A stretch of DNA of 64,000 nt, taken from Nitrospirota bacterium. GTDB lineage: Bacteria > Nitrospirota > Nitrospiria > Nitrospirales > Nitrospiraceae. A program made the translations under genes and the position numbers. The notes below the pieces were generated by a model. That model made no database searches. It saw only the letters and a program-made list of their open reading frames with translations, and was not told the DNA's origin. Below, piece by piece: positions 53,832 through 63,732 of this stretch. The stretch covers positions 1,088,001-1,152,000 of the forward strand of contig CAVPBK010000006.1 of NCBI GenBank assembly GCA_963701855.1, written 5' to 3'. The first letter of the stretch is position 1; each line of letters opens with the position of its first letter.

Positions 53832-54395
53832 ATGGCCACCGACAACACAAGGAGCGGATTGCTCTGTTCACGTCTGCTGCGCACCACCGTCTGTGCGCTG
53901 GTGATGCTGTGTCTGCTGATCGCCGCTGTCCCCACGCCGACGCGGCCCGATTACGACGGCGCCTACCCTCGGTATTCTAAACAGGAAATACGTCGGGCCG
54001 TCGAGTGGTACGCCAAGAAGTATCGTCTCGACCCTGCCCTGCTGCGTGCGGTCATCAAAACCGAATCAGATTTTCGCCAGCATGCCGTGTCCCCTAAAGG
54101 AGCAGTGGGCTTGATGCAGCTGACGCCGGCTACCGCAGCCACGTTGCGTGTGAGCGACTCCTACGATTCCGTCCAGAATATCCGCGGAGGCGCCAAGCAG
54201 CTGCGGCATCTGCTGAACCTCTACCAAGGCGATCTTCTCTTGGCCTTGGCGGCCTATAACGCCGGGGTCCACCGGGTTAAAGACCACAAAGTTCCGCGCA
54301 TTCGAGAAACCCGCGCCTACGTGAGGAAAGTACTACGGCACTATGAGATGTTACGTTCTCACCCACAGCCTCTTCCCAAGAACGAAAAGAAGTGA
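53832..54395 (+). CDS. Lytic transglycosylase (SLT)
   Basis: AVIKTES, GAVGLMQL, LAAYNAG, ETRAYV. Confidence 0.93.
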   Translation: MATDNTRSGLLCSRLLRTTVCALVMLCLLIAAVPTPTRPDYDGAYPRYSKQEIRRAVEWYAKKYRLDPALLRAVIKTESDFRQHAVSPKGAVGLMQLTPATAATLRVSDSYDSVQNIRGGAKQLRHLLNLYQGDLLLALAAYNAGVHRVKDHKVPRIRETRAYVRKVLRHYEMLRSHPQPLPKNEKK

Positions 54396-54525
54396 GGGCA
54401 GGGCGTTGACCAGGTCGAGCTCCCATCCTTACGCATACAAAGCTAGCTACTAATACCCCAGATTGTCCTCCACCAGCTTTTCCATCGCTGGCGCATTGGG
54501 CTAGGTTCATCTTGTTGCGGATGTT

Positions 54526-54719
54526 CTAGGGGCCTGTTCGACATTGACCGTTCTACTGCGGCGAATGATCCGCAACCATCTATGTCGTGCTTGGCCCTGA
54601 AAAGTCCTCAACGTGTTGTACTCCAGTGAATACGCCTCAGATTTTTCCGAGCCTGCAGCCTCGCATCTGGCCGCACCTCCTTCGCCTCGCCAGGAAGGCA
54701 ATGTCGGACAGGATCCTAG
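54526..54719. repeat. Long palindromic element related to family A
   Basis: Ends CTAGGGGCCTGTTCGACATTG...CAATGTCGGACAGGATCCTAG; degenerate core TCCTCAACGT...GTAC...TACGCCTC. Confidence 0.65.
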
Positions 54720-54833
54720 GCAACAAGTGGGTCGTGATATGGAGGGATGGTACGAGGGGGGAGATACCATTTCACGCGATAGAGGTAAAGGAAAGACAGC
54801 TGGAATGAAGGAAGGATCTAGGCTAGCAGTTTC

Positions 54834-55202
54834 TCAGAGCTTAGCCTTCATAATGATGGCTCGTACTCGTTCTCGTTGGGCCGGTCTGATTCCCGTCAAT
54901 TCGAGACCGAACTTTTCGCCGTTGACCCACCGCACCAGGGCTTCGTCGATACGCAGAGGCCATTTCTGGTCATCAAGGAACAGAGATAGGCGGAGCACCA
55001 TGCCGATCTGCACCTGGGTAATGGATGTCGCTTGACAGCCGTTCGTGGAGAGATCGAGAACCGTTGCCTCGCCCTCGAAATCATCATCTCCAAAAAAGAA
55101 TAGACGGCAATTCAGACCGAGACGGCGGCCTCGACGTTCCGCCATTGCGGACTCCTGGTCAGAACTCGAAGCGCGGGAGGATCTGGGGTCCTGCGCGTTC
55201 AT
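54834..55202 (-). CDS. PilZ domain protein
   Basis: ERRGRR and DLSTNG motifs. Confidence 0.85.
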   Translation of the reverse strand: MNAQDPRSSRASSSDQESAMAERRGRRLGLNCRLFFFGDDDFEGEATVLDLSTNGCQATSITQVQIGMVLRLSLFLDDQKWPLRIDEALVRWVNGEKFGLELTGIRPAQRERVRAIIMKAKL

Positions 55203-55382
55203 GAATTACGCCCTTTCCCTCAATCACCCAGAGAAGAAATGCATCGACGGTAAGACCACTTTACCGGACATGTTGTTGGCCTGCCTTCCTCAAGTGGAGT
55301 AACCCAAAAGAGGGTACAACAGGGCTTTGATCGCAGTATAGCCAATTAGTTTGTGTATGTAACGAACTAACGGAAATGCGGG

Positions 55383-56546
55383 TCACCTCCCGCCCTCGCC
55401 GCTGGCCCTCCATTCCCCGCTCCTATCAAGGCGTTCCAGTGTTTCCCCCCGCTCATTTTCCACGCCGGTCAGCACGCCTTCGGGCATCTGTTTGGGCTGA
55501 ATTGTCAAGTAACTGTCAAGTGAGCGGGACGATTGGGGGTCCAACACCCGAACTGCCGAGGTGAGGTGATTCGGGGACAGGTGGGCATACCGGAGGGTCA
55601 TTGTCGGAGACGCATGCCCCAGGAGTTTACTCACCGTGGCTAAGGGGACGCCGCGCATCATGAGCCAGGAGGCGAACGTATGCCGGAGATCGTGAAAGTG
55701 GAAGTCCGTAAAGCCAGCCCCTTTACAGGCCGCGCTAAAGAGGTACTGAATATCACGGCGTGGTGTTCCCGCTGCATCGTGAAACACCCACGGCACGTCG
55801 AGCCGAGTCCGTAGCCCGCTCAAGAGTGTCCACAGGGTTTCATTGAGTGGCACCGCCCGTGCCTTTCCGCTCTTCGTCAGCTTCAAGCGGATACACCCGT
55901 TCGTCAGATCTACCGCGTCCCAGGTGAGGCCCAGGAGTTCCCCTTTCCGCATGCCGGTATGAAGCGCCGCTAGGACAATGGGACGGAGAGAATCGTCACA
56001 GGCTTGGAGGAGGCGTTCCGCTTCGGACTCCCCTGACAGATACCGCAGGCGTCCCTCCGGCTCCTGATAGTTCTTACTGGCGGCCAATTCTTCTCGTGAG
56101 GTCTTGTGTAACAACTTCCACTCCACGGCCTTGGTCAGGGCATGTTTCAACGTCGATATTTCACGGTTGACTGTGGCGGGCCCCATCTGTTCACTCAGGC
56201 GCAAGGCGCGGTAGTGGTCCAACGCCTCCACCGTGAAGGTATGAATCGGGGGATTGCCCCACACCCGCCTGAAATGGGCGAAGTGAATCTTCTTGGTCCT
56301 CTCTCCACGCTGATAGCTCGCAAAAGAGAGATACCGTGCTTGGAGATCCGCCAGGGCGAGCGGTTTAATGGGAGGCGAAGGGGCCAAGCCTTCTTGTGCT
56401 TCCTTCCGTCGATTCGTCAGACGTTGATCGGCCTCCTTCTTGTTCGAGGTCTTGCACGACTCAAAACGTTGCGTCCCTAGGGCGTCACGATAGGTCATCC
56501 ACCAGACTTCACCCCGCTTATACAAGCCTCTCGTTGTTCGTGCCAT
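55383..56546 (-). CDS. Tyrosine recombinase/integrase
   Basis: TGMRKGEL, FHDLRHTFAS, LLGH, RYAH. Confidence 0.95.
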   Translation of the reverse strand: MARTTRGLYKRGEVWWMTYRDALGTQRFESCKTSNKKEADQRLTNRRKEAQEGLAPSPPIKPLALADLQARYLSFASYQRGERTKKIHFAHFRRVWGNPPIHTFTVEALDHYRALRLSEQMGPATVNREISTLKHALTKAVEWKLLHKTSREELAASKNYQEPEGRLRYLSGESEAERLLQACDDSLRPIVLAALHTGMRKGELLGLTWDAVDLTNGCIRLKLTKSGKARAVPLNETLWTLLSGLRTRLDVPWVFHDAAGTPRRDIQYLFSAACKGAGFTDFHFHDLRHTFASWLMMRGVPLATVSKLLGHASPTMTLRYAHLSPNHLTSAVRVLDPQSSRSLDSYLTIQPKQMPEGVLTGVENERGETLERLDRSGEWRASGEGGR

Positions 56547-56549
56547 CGT

Positions 56550-56684
56550 TCACCGTCCTTTCTTCAAATCACGTTCGATGAGCGAACGGATATAGCCGTT
56601 GATTGTGTAGCCCTGACTTCGCAGCGCATCGAGTTGTTGCTTCACTGTCGCGGGTATCTGGATCAACACCTTTACCTGCTTCAT
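56550..56684 (-). CDS. 44-aa ribbon-helix-helix regulator (not in the ORF track)
   Basis: MKQVKVLIQIPATVKQQLDALRSQGYTINGYIRSLIERDLKKGR; GAGGAGG RBS. Confidence 0.75.
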   Translation of the reverse strand: MKQVKVLIQIPATVKQQLDALRSQGYTINGYIRSLIERDLKKGR

Positions 56685-56788
56685 GATTCCTCCTCTGTGC
56701 TAGTGTGCTAGCAGTATATCATACTATATATCTATCTAGCAAGCTAGAGTGTTGACGAGCTAGCACGCTGTCCTGTACCGTTCAGCGC

Positions 56789-56968
56789 ATGGCACGAGAA
56801 AAGACGATGGATAAGACAGAGCCCAAGAAAAACTATGGCCTAAGGTTGGACCAAGCGCTTATGGAGGACTTGGGCCATCTCGCCGTGGACGAGGAAAAGT
56901 GGCTCAATGAACTGGTGGAAGAAGCCGTACGGGACTTACTGAAGAAGTACCGAGACAAGCGGAAATAG
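56789..56968 (+). CDS. 59-aa ribbon-helix-helix regulator (not in the ORF track)
   Basis: KKNYGLRLDQALMEDLGHLAVDEEKWLNELVEEAVRDLLKKY. Confidence 0.75.
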   Translation: MAREKTMDKTEPKKNYGLRLDQALMEDLGHLAVDEEKWLNELVEEAVRDLLKKYRDKRK

Positions 56969-56979
56969 CCCCCTTCCCT

Positions 56980-57298
56980 CTATCCCTCTTCTCGTGAGTG
57001 ATCCTCCAAGGCGGGCTGCACGTCCAGCACCGGCCCTGGCTGAGAACCGTACACAACCACCCTTATGCCTTCATTATGTGTCAGGTCCAGCTCTTGGCGG
57101 GGTCTGCCGTAGAGAAGTTCTGCCACGTATCGTTCCATGTGGTCGGCCTTTCCATCGAGCATCCGGCGCTTGAGACTATCGCGATACTCGGTGGACGCTA
57201 AGAACTGTTGCCAGAAGCCCTTAAATTCAGCTGTGGCTCGATTTGGTGTTCCTTCTCTGCGACCGACCAATTTTGGGCTGCCCTGGTTCAAATGGCAT
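56980..57298 (-). pseudogene. Terminase-small-subunit-like gene with a 1-nt frameshift near the 5' end
   Basis: GGAG RBS + ATG 57298 gives MPFEPGQPK; the GRREGTPN motif and the rest are in the next frame. Confidence 0.55.
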
Positions 57299-57315
57299 GC
57301 TATTGCGCTCCTACC

Positions 57316-57564
57316 TTAGAATGGTTCCGAAACCATGCGGCGCAGCCATGTAGTCGGAATCACACACTCAACCTCTGTCAATGGATGTATCACCCGCACT
57401 CCATTCGGAAGATCTTCTTGCACCGTCGCACTTATTAGCCCGAATAGAGGACTATCCCAGCTCACGATGCGCCCGATGAGGTCACCGGGATGAATGGTAG
57501 AGATTGGGGCCTGGGCCTGTTGTTGCCGGAGTGCCTCTTTCGCGAGCCTGACTAATTCACTCAT
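57316..57564 (-). CDS. Hypothetical protein of the element
   Basis: 82-aa ORF with GGAGGAG RBS. Confidence 0.7.
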   Translation of the reverse strand: MSELVRLAKEALRQQQAQAPISTIHPGDLIGRIVSWDSPLFGLISATVQEDLPNGVRVIHPLTEVECVIPTTWLRRMVSEPF

Positions 57565-57630
57565 GTTTTGATTCTCCTCCCATGCGCAAATAGCGCATTA
57601 AGGGTAAAAAGCCCCCCTACTCACCGACCT

Positions 57631-59910
57631 TTACCCCCTTTTTGCGCATATTGCGCACCCTGGTAGAGTACCAACATGCCATTCCGTGACCGATCGGCCT
57701 GCCGTGGATTTGATTGCACCATGAATACGATCCAGCCGTTGCAGGAGGTCAAGCGCTTGCCCTTTTCGGTTTCGATCACCCTCATGCTTCCCCAGTGACT
57801 CATAGAGGTCTGTATCTGTCCGTGGTCCAGCCTTAATGAGTCTCAGGAATCGATCCGCAATCGGATCACCCACCGCATCCCCGAAGATGTGATAGGCCGA
57901 GGCCTTACAGTAATCCCAGACCGCCAGTGCCGCGAGGAGGTGCGGTACACGGATAGCTGTCTCGGTCCGGTTGGCCTCTCCTTCATCAATGAGGGCATAG
58001 ATCAGGCTGAGCCGGAGTACCTGTGCCGCCCCCCGCGCGAGAATCGCCCCAGTTAAGCCTTGTGGAACTTCCGCCAGCTTCCGGTAGACCGAGGCCCAGA
58101 GTTGTTCGGTCTCTCTGTCACGGGTTAATTCTCCCCGTGTTCTCGCTCGCTCCAAAGTGCGCAAGAAGCGCATAAAGAAGGGCTCTAGGATTTCGGGAGG
58201 CGTGCCTTTGCCTGACGGGATGAATTTGGATTGCCGGACCAATGCGAACAAATAGCGATTTGCGAATCCATTCGCCCGCTCGGTTGCCGCGAGACAGCGG
58301 AGCAACTCGTTGACTGTAATATGTCCGATGTTGCAGACATGGGCACCTGTCGCGACCAGTCGGTCTTTTTTCGTGAGCGGAGACAAGTTCCCATGGTCCC
58401 AGACATCGCGCAAGATTGGGGAGAGGGTATTGCCTTCACGCTCCATCACTTTCAATGCGGAGGCAAATTCTGACTCAATAATGAGCAATCGCTTATCGGG
58501 TTCGCCGGGATCTGAAAGGACATCCTCATAGCCAATGATTTCGCCGGTTCTTCGTCCACCCTCTCGAATTGGAACCTTGTCATACTGCGGATCGCGGACC
58601 TGGAAGATCAGGCCTTCCCCGCTGGAAAGTCCGGACTTGACCCGCTTGAGGACAAATGCTTCATCGACCTTCGACAGAAGGTAGCGCGCAGGCCCCCAGC
58701 TGGTGCCCTTCCTCCCTCCCGCTGTCTCCCCCACGATCAAGGCGTTCGTTCTCGCATAGTGCGGGGTGTGTTCGACGAGCACATGGGGGAGTGGTCCGAT
58801 CAATGCGCCTGCTGGGATGAGTACGTTGAGAAGAATTCCAGAGGGGTCAGCTTCCGAGTACGGTTCGACTGCTTTGGTAAATTCACCGGCTAATCCGTAG
58901 AATGCCGCCTCGTCTAATTGGGGCCAAGGATCGGTGTGTAACTCCACTGTGGCCGCTGCCGTGTTCATCATTCTCATCGCCTCCCGCCGGATCGCCATGG
59001 TGATGGCCTCTTTCACGGCATCGAGTCCGCGCTGTGTATGCACGTCATTCCAGTCGCATTTCCGCCCGTCGAGTTCCGGCATGACGAGGACGCCTTGAAT
59101 GGCACGAGCTGCCGCTGTCGCAGCGTCCAGTCCTGTATTGGGTGTCTCGTCATCGCGGAGATCGTTGTCACCACAGACAAGAATCGTGGCCGCCGGATAC
59201 CGTTGGCGCAGATCCTCCGCTACATGTGTCAGGTTGTTTGCGGAGAAGGCCACCACCACCGGAAGGCCGGTGGCTTCGTACAAACTCGCGCTCGTGGCGA
59301 ATCCTTCACACAGCAGAACGGTTGTGGGCTCTGTCAGATCACCGATGGTGTAGCAGCCGCCTTGCATGGCCCCGTTCCGAAGAAAGCGCTTCGCGCCGCT
59401 GCCATAGATGAATTGAAGGCTGGTCATCGTGCCATCGATGGTCACTGGCACGATCAACAAGTCTCCGTCATCGACTCGGACTCGCACGACGCGCAGGCCG
59501 TGGGGACCAATACCTTTCATCTGTAGATATGGCTGCTGTCCCGTCGCTGGTGCGGCCTTGTTCCAGATGGCGTGCGCCCTCTGTGCGGCGTCCACATGCC
59601 GGAGCCGTTCGTCGGCTTCGCGCTGCTGTCGCGCATGCTCCAGACGTGTTCGGTGTTCCTCGCGTTCCATCGCACTCATCTGCCGGTCGGCCTTAGCACA
59701 CCATTTCTGCGTGAGGTTGGATCGAAAACAGCCGAATGATCCAGCCGGAAGACCATCGCCGTAGAGCACATACCACCCGGCATCGTCGGCACGGTTCCCA
59801 TTGCTCGCAAACCGATGGAGCGCGCCATCCGCGACTATGGTAGCTGGAGGAACAAGCCCGGCTTTTTCGATCTCCTGGCGGAAGGCGTCTAATCGCGTGG
59901 TGGTCATCAT
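57631..59910 (-). CDS. TOPRIM primase fused to a DUF3987-like P-loop domain
   Basis: CEGFATSASL, GDND, DWND; GETAGGRKGTS Walker A-like motif. Confidence 0.85.
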   Translation of the reverse strand: MMTTTRLDAFRQEIEKAGLVPPATIVADGALHRFASNGNRADDAGWYVLYGDGLPAGSFGCFRSNLTQKWCAKADRQMSAMEREEHRTRLEHARQQREADERLRHVDAAQRAHAIWNKAAPATGQQPYLQMKGIGPHGLRVVRVRVDDGDLLIVPVTIDGTMTSLQFIYGSGAKRFLRNGAMQGGCYTIGDLTEPTTVLLCEGFATSASLYEATGLPVVVAFSANNLTHVAEDLRQRYPAATILVCGDNDLRDDETPNTGLDAATAAARAIQGVLVMPELDGRKCDWNDVHTQRGLDAVKEAITMAIRREAMRMMNTAAATVELHTDPWPQLDEAAFYGLAGEFTKAVEPYSEADPSGILLNVLIPAGALIGPLPHVLVEHTPHYARTNALIVGETAGGRKGTSWGPARYLLSKVDEAFVLKRVKSGLSSGEGLIFQVRDPQYDKVPIREGGRRTGEIIGYEDVLSDPGEPDKRLLIIESEFASALKVMEREGNTLSPILRDVWDHGNLSPLTKKDRLVATGAHVCNIGHITVNELLRCLAATERANGFANRYLFALVRQSKFIPSGKGTPPEILEPFFMRFLRTLERARTRGELTRDRETEQLWASVYRKLAEVPQGLTGAILARGAAQVLRLSLIYALIDEGEANRTETAIRVPHLLAALAVWDYCKASAYHIFGDAVGDPIADRFLRLIKAGPRTDTDLYESLGKHEGDRNRKGQALDLLQRLDRIHGAIKSTAGRSVTEWHVGTLPGCAICAKRG

Positions 59911-60195
59911 GGTCGCCTTCGTTCTGCATCAAGATACTCAGCGAGCCGTTCCCGAATATGGGTCAGTCGATCAAGCTGAAGGTTCAAGGCCGCGTCCCAA
60001 CCGGCTGGGATGTTTTGCTCAAGCCGTCGATGCTCGGAGCGGAGAAGCCACGCGGCGAGAATGACGAGGAGACTTGAGCCTCTGCGCAGGGAGGCTTGCC
60101 GTGTGTTTCTGGCCGTGCTACGTTCACATTCGCCAACCTCTGTCCCTGCCCCGGTTTGGTGCCAGCCAAGCCGGGGCTTTCCATTTCAAGGAAAA

Positions 60196-60402
60196 TCATT
60201 TTTCCACCTCTTCAACTGACTTTCTTCGCAACGCTTCTCGCACTTCGCGCAGATCGAACCGCACGCCGCCTTTCTTCTCACCGACGGAATAGCTCGGAAC
60301 CGCGCCTGAACGGGAAAGTCGATACACTTGAGAAGTCGCCATCCCCATCGCTTCGCCCACCACTCGCGCCGTAACTAATTTCTCAATCGTTACCTGTTCC
60401 AT
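60196..60402 (-). CDS. Excisionase/AlpA-like HTH protein
   Basis: VGEAMGMATSQVYRL...GAVPSY..G...VRFDL. Confidence 0.8.
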   Translation of the reverse strand: MEQVTIEKLVTARVVGEAMGMATSQVYRLSRSGAVPSYSVGEKKGGVRFDLREVREALRRKSVEEVEK

Positions 60403-60516
60403 GTGCCCCCCTTTGACTTGATAGATTTCATCGTGCCGTGCTGATGCACAGCCTCTACCAGAGGGGAGTAGCGGACAAAGTCATGGAGTTTGTTCTTAAG
60501 AAGGGGGAGAGGCTAA

Positions 60517-61484
60517 CTAGCCTAATTTATTTATGAAATTCCGGGCGTACTGGCACGAGTGGCCGCATTCCTTTCCATGTTCAGGGCAGTCGAAGGTCGT
60601 TATTTCATGGACTAAACGGGTATCAGCGCGATGAGATACATGTTTGCGGGCTTTGAAGGACTTGCGGAAGAGCTTGTACGGTTTCCGGAAGAGAATAAGG
60701 TGGACTCGCTCAACGGATTCACGAACAGAAGATTCTTTAGCCACAGGGGGGCCGATGGAGCGTGTTGGCATTGCCCCCGTACGCTCATAAGCCGCAATCC
60801 AACGATACGGCACGCCATGATAAAAACGTTGTTGAAAGCGGCGGTAGTCACGATCGATGTTCTGTGACCAAGTGGACGGCGGTTTTCTAAGGTTTCTCGG
60901 TAGTGATTTCAGGCATCGCCGAACCGCCCGTTTAAACTCATCTGCCAAATCAGCGAGGCTGTTGCGCTTTACCTGCGAGAGATCCACGTGAAGCGTCATG
61001 ATAGGTGGGGACACGAGGGGGCGTTTCGGCAATGGGGGAGTTGGTACAGTGTTCCACTCTCAGAAGGAAAAACTTGTGCGTTTTTGGGGAGGACATGAAA
61101 TCGCACTACTGGTGAAAAAAAAGAGGTCTCCCAATTTGTTTCTATGCGGAGTCGTTCGTCCGTGGACACCCGGAGGTTAGCAAGCCAGTCTTTCTTTTTG
61201 ACGAGGTATGGATCGCCTCCCCCAAATCCTCTAATCCCGTATCTCTTGCAGATCGCCTTGGATAGACTGGCATGCTGCTTCAACAAGCTCTTCCGGCGAG
61301 CATCAGAAAGCTGGGGGACACGTTCCCCGCTCGCTATGCGCTGTCCTGTCGCTTGAAGAGAATCAAGGACGAGTTGGTAGTGAACGTTTCTATAGTCTTG
61401 AACACGCGGGTCATCACGAAGGGCTAATGCCTTCAGATAGATGGTGGGGTCAGGCGCTGTAGTGGGGTCTTTTTTTCGTGGCAT
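60517..61484 (-). pseudogene. Hypothetical gene apparently split by a frameshift
   Basis: ORFs 60996-61484 and 60517-61032 overlap around a G5 run at 61034-61038; the second has only a TTG start. Confidence 0.45.
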
Positions 61485-62108
61485 TCCGCTCCTGTGCGGT
61501 CCTGATTATGAGGGAGGGCAGCACAAACGCCAGGAAACGTCTACCGGTCAGGAGATCAATCCTACCCGTTGCCGCCCGTGGAATTCGTGCGCCATAATAC
61601 CACCATTTCCCCACGCTCCGCCTTGCGGTTTGCTCACTCCCTCCTAACGCCTTAGCGCCTGCCGCAGAAGCACAAATCCGTGTAAAGAAGCAGTTGAGTG
61701 TCAGAAATGTTTACAGAGTCACTTTTCTGCTCTAAGGCACTGTTAACTCTGCTCTTGTGATGATTCGTCTATCCAAATAAAAATTTTGAGTGTCAGTATT
61801 GTTTACACTCTCTCCATACGGAGAACTCCCTACGATGACTGATTGATCATGGTCAAGACAAACGTCATGCCACACAAGGCCCCCAGAATCGCATATGAAA
61901 AAGGTGGGAAACACAGAAGCAGTCCCGCAGTCCGGTCAATTGTTTCGTGAAGATTTCTGCGTTCCTCTTGTGCCCCTACTCCTATATCTAAGACCCTGGG
62001 GCATAATATTTGCTCGTTTATTTTGTGGGGTACATATGCCATCATGCAGGGCCTCGCAGAGGTATAGGCTCCTCACCACCGCAATCAGATGAAAGGACGG
62101 TTGCGTCC

Positions 62109-63035
62109 ATGAAATACCTCCACAACCGGCGTTTAGGGAGCCTGGCAACCCGAGTGAGACCAGGCCTGCGGATGATCGGACTGGTAGTGGGCCTTAGTGT
62201 GGCCATGTGGCTCCAGGCGTCGGCGTCGCACGCCACCTCATTTTTGGTGGACCTCGAAGCTTTTGTACAAGCCAATGATCAATTTAATCCAAGCAATTCT
62301 CAGCACAACGAGTTCCTCACCCATTCCATCACGCAGCCTTCGGTGACTGGCTCGGCGAGTGCCTCGATACCCACCGCTACCGCAAGCGCAGACGGAACCG
62401 CAGCCCTGGGTTCGCTGGGTGGAACTACGAGTGCGAGTGCCAGTGGGTCCCCGAGTACAACGGTCAACCCCCCCCCTGTCTCGGTCGCTTCAATCATGCT
62501 CACTGCGGAAGACAATGCGACTGTGACTTCTGATACTCTCGTGAGTGGCACAACCGTGGACTTTCGGCTCACGGAGCACGTCGATGGGGTGCTGACAAGC
62601 GGAGGAGACTCTGGCAACCAATTACATTACTTTGTCGACTATTCCAACTTTTCTGGCGGCGTATTTGTTGGTCACGGGATTTTAGAGACGTTTTTCAACA
62701 ATGGTAGCGAAGCCTTTCTCGGCCATGCTTGTTCCGGGTTGTGTTCAGATTCATCAAGCGTGGTCATCCACGTTCCGGTGGGATCTACATTATTTTTCAT
62801 CAACAGACTGGACCTAGCTTCCCTTGCTAATCAGCCGACCTCATTTGCGCAAGTCGACGCAGGCCATACGGCCAGGATGTTTCTTGACCCCCTCACGGCA
62901 GGGGCCAGCTATACCACCGCAAGTGGTGCGACCTATTTCACTCCCACGGCAAACGTGCCAGAGCCTTCCACGATCCTCCTCCTCGGCTCTGGTCTCGTGG
63001 GCCTGGCGGTGTGGCGATGGAAGCGGGCAGCGTAA
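62109..63035 (+). CDS. PEP-CTERM sorting domain protein
   Basis: Signal peptide, Ser/Thr-rich body, VPEPSTILLLGSGLVGLAVWRWKRAA. Confidence 0.9.
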   Translation: MKYLHNRRLGSLATRVRPGLRMIGLVVGLSVAMWLQASASHATSFLVDLEAFVQANDQFNPSNSQHNEFLTHSITQPSVTGSASASIPTATASADGTAALGSLGGTTSASASGSPSTTVNPPPVSVASIMLTAEDNATVTSDTLVSGTTVDFRLTEHVDGVLTSGGDSGNQLHYFVDYSNFSGGVFVGHGILETFFNNGSEAFLGHACSGLCSDSSSVVIHVPVGSTLFFINRLDLASLANQPTSFAQVDAGHTARMFLDPLTAGASYTTASGATYFTPTANVPEPSTILLLGSGLVGLAVWRWKRAA

Positions 63036-63080
63036 GTATGCACCTAACGCATCCCGCCGCTTACAAGAGGAGTTCTGTCC

Positions 63081-63479
63081 ATGCGAATCCCCATCCTCCG
63101 TTTTGCCATGACGGTCACCTGCCTCCTGCTCTGCAGCGCCCCGTATCAAGTCCAGGGTAGCAGTTTTATCTATGACTCCGGCACGTATACCGTATTTGAC
63201 GTTCCCGGCGCCACGGGCACCTACGCCAACGGGATCAATGACTCTGGCCAAATCGTGGGCTCCTATGTCGATGTCGCAGGGCGGTTTCATGGGTTTCTGG
63301 ACAGCGGGGGCAGCTTCACGACGATCGATGTGCCCGGCTCCACCAAGGGGACCATCGCCGCCGGGATCAATAACGCGGGCCAAATCGTGGGCTTCTCGGT
63401 GCCCGAACCCTCCTCCCTACTCTTGTCCGGCATAGCCCTCGTAGGCTTAGCGGCATGGCGGTGGAAGCGGGCGGCATAA
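63081..63479 (+). CDS. PEP-CTERM protein with HAF-like extracellular repeats
   Basis: GINDSGQIVG / GINNAGQIVG repeats; VPEPSSLLLSGIALVGLAAWRWKRAA. Confidence 0.9.
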   Translation: MRIPILRFAMTVTCLLLCSAPYQVQGSSFIYDSGTYTVFDVPGATGTYANGINDSGQIVGSYVDVAGRFHGFLDSGGSFTTIDVPGSTKGTIAAGINNAGQIVGFSVPEPSSLLLSGIALVGLAAWRWKRAA

Positions 63480-63501
63480 ACTCAACGCATAGCGTGATCA
63501 C

Positions 63502-63540
63502 AAACGGCGGTCCCAGCGATGGAACCGCCGTTTTCGTTTT
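63502..63540 (+). terminator. Rho-independent terminator
   Basis: AAACGGCGGT..CC..GGAACCGCCGTTTT followed by a T-rich tail. Confidence 0.8.
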
Positions 63541-63732
63541 GTTCTAGTGAGTGCGCGGCTTGTAGTCTCCGATACTGAGCCGGTGCCGCCGTGGGAGTGG
63601 CGGAAGCGGAAGTAGCACGCCATCAATTATTGAGACGTTCCCCGTATGAGTAAGCTTCGCCTGCTATGAGTGAGACGGCCAGCTAAACGTTCTGGCATCT
63701 CTTCTGACTCAGCCTCGTCCAACGCGTCGTGC

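Larger units (their letters stand above)
55383..61500. mobile_element. Integrated phage-satellite/PICI-like element (boundaries approximate, probably decaying)
   Basis: Integrase, divergent RHH pair, TerS-like gene, primase-helicase and excisionase-like HTH; no capsid or tail genes; att sites not identified. Confidence 0.75.

Noticed and set aside
55300..55440. tRNA or tmRNA attachment site beside the integrase
   Set aside because: No cloverleaf or T-arm consensus, and no matching direct repeat found by eye at the other end
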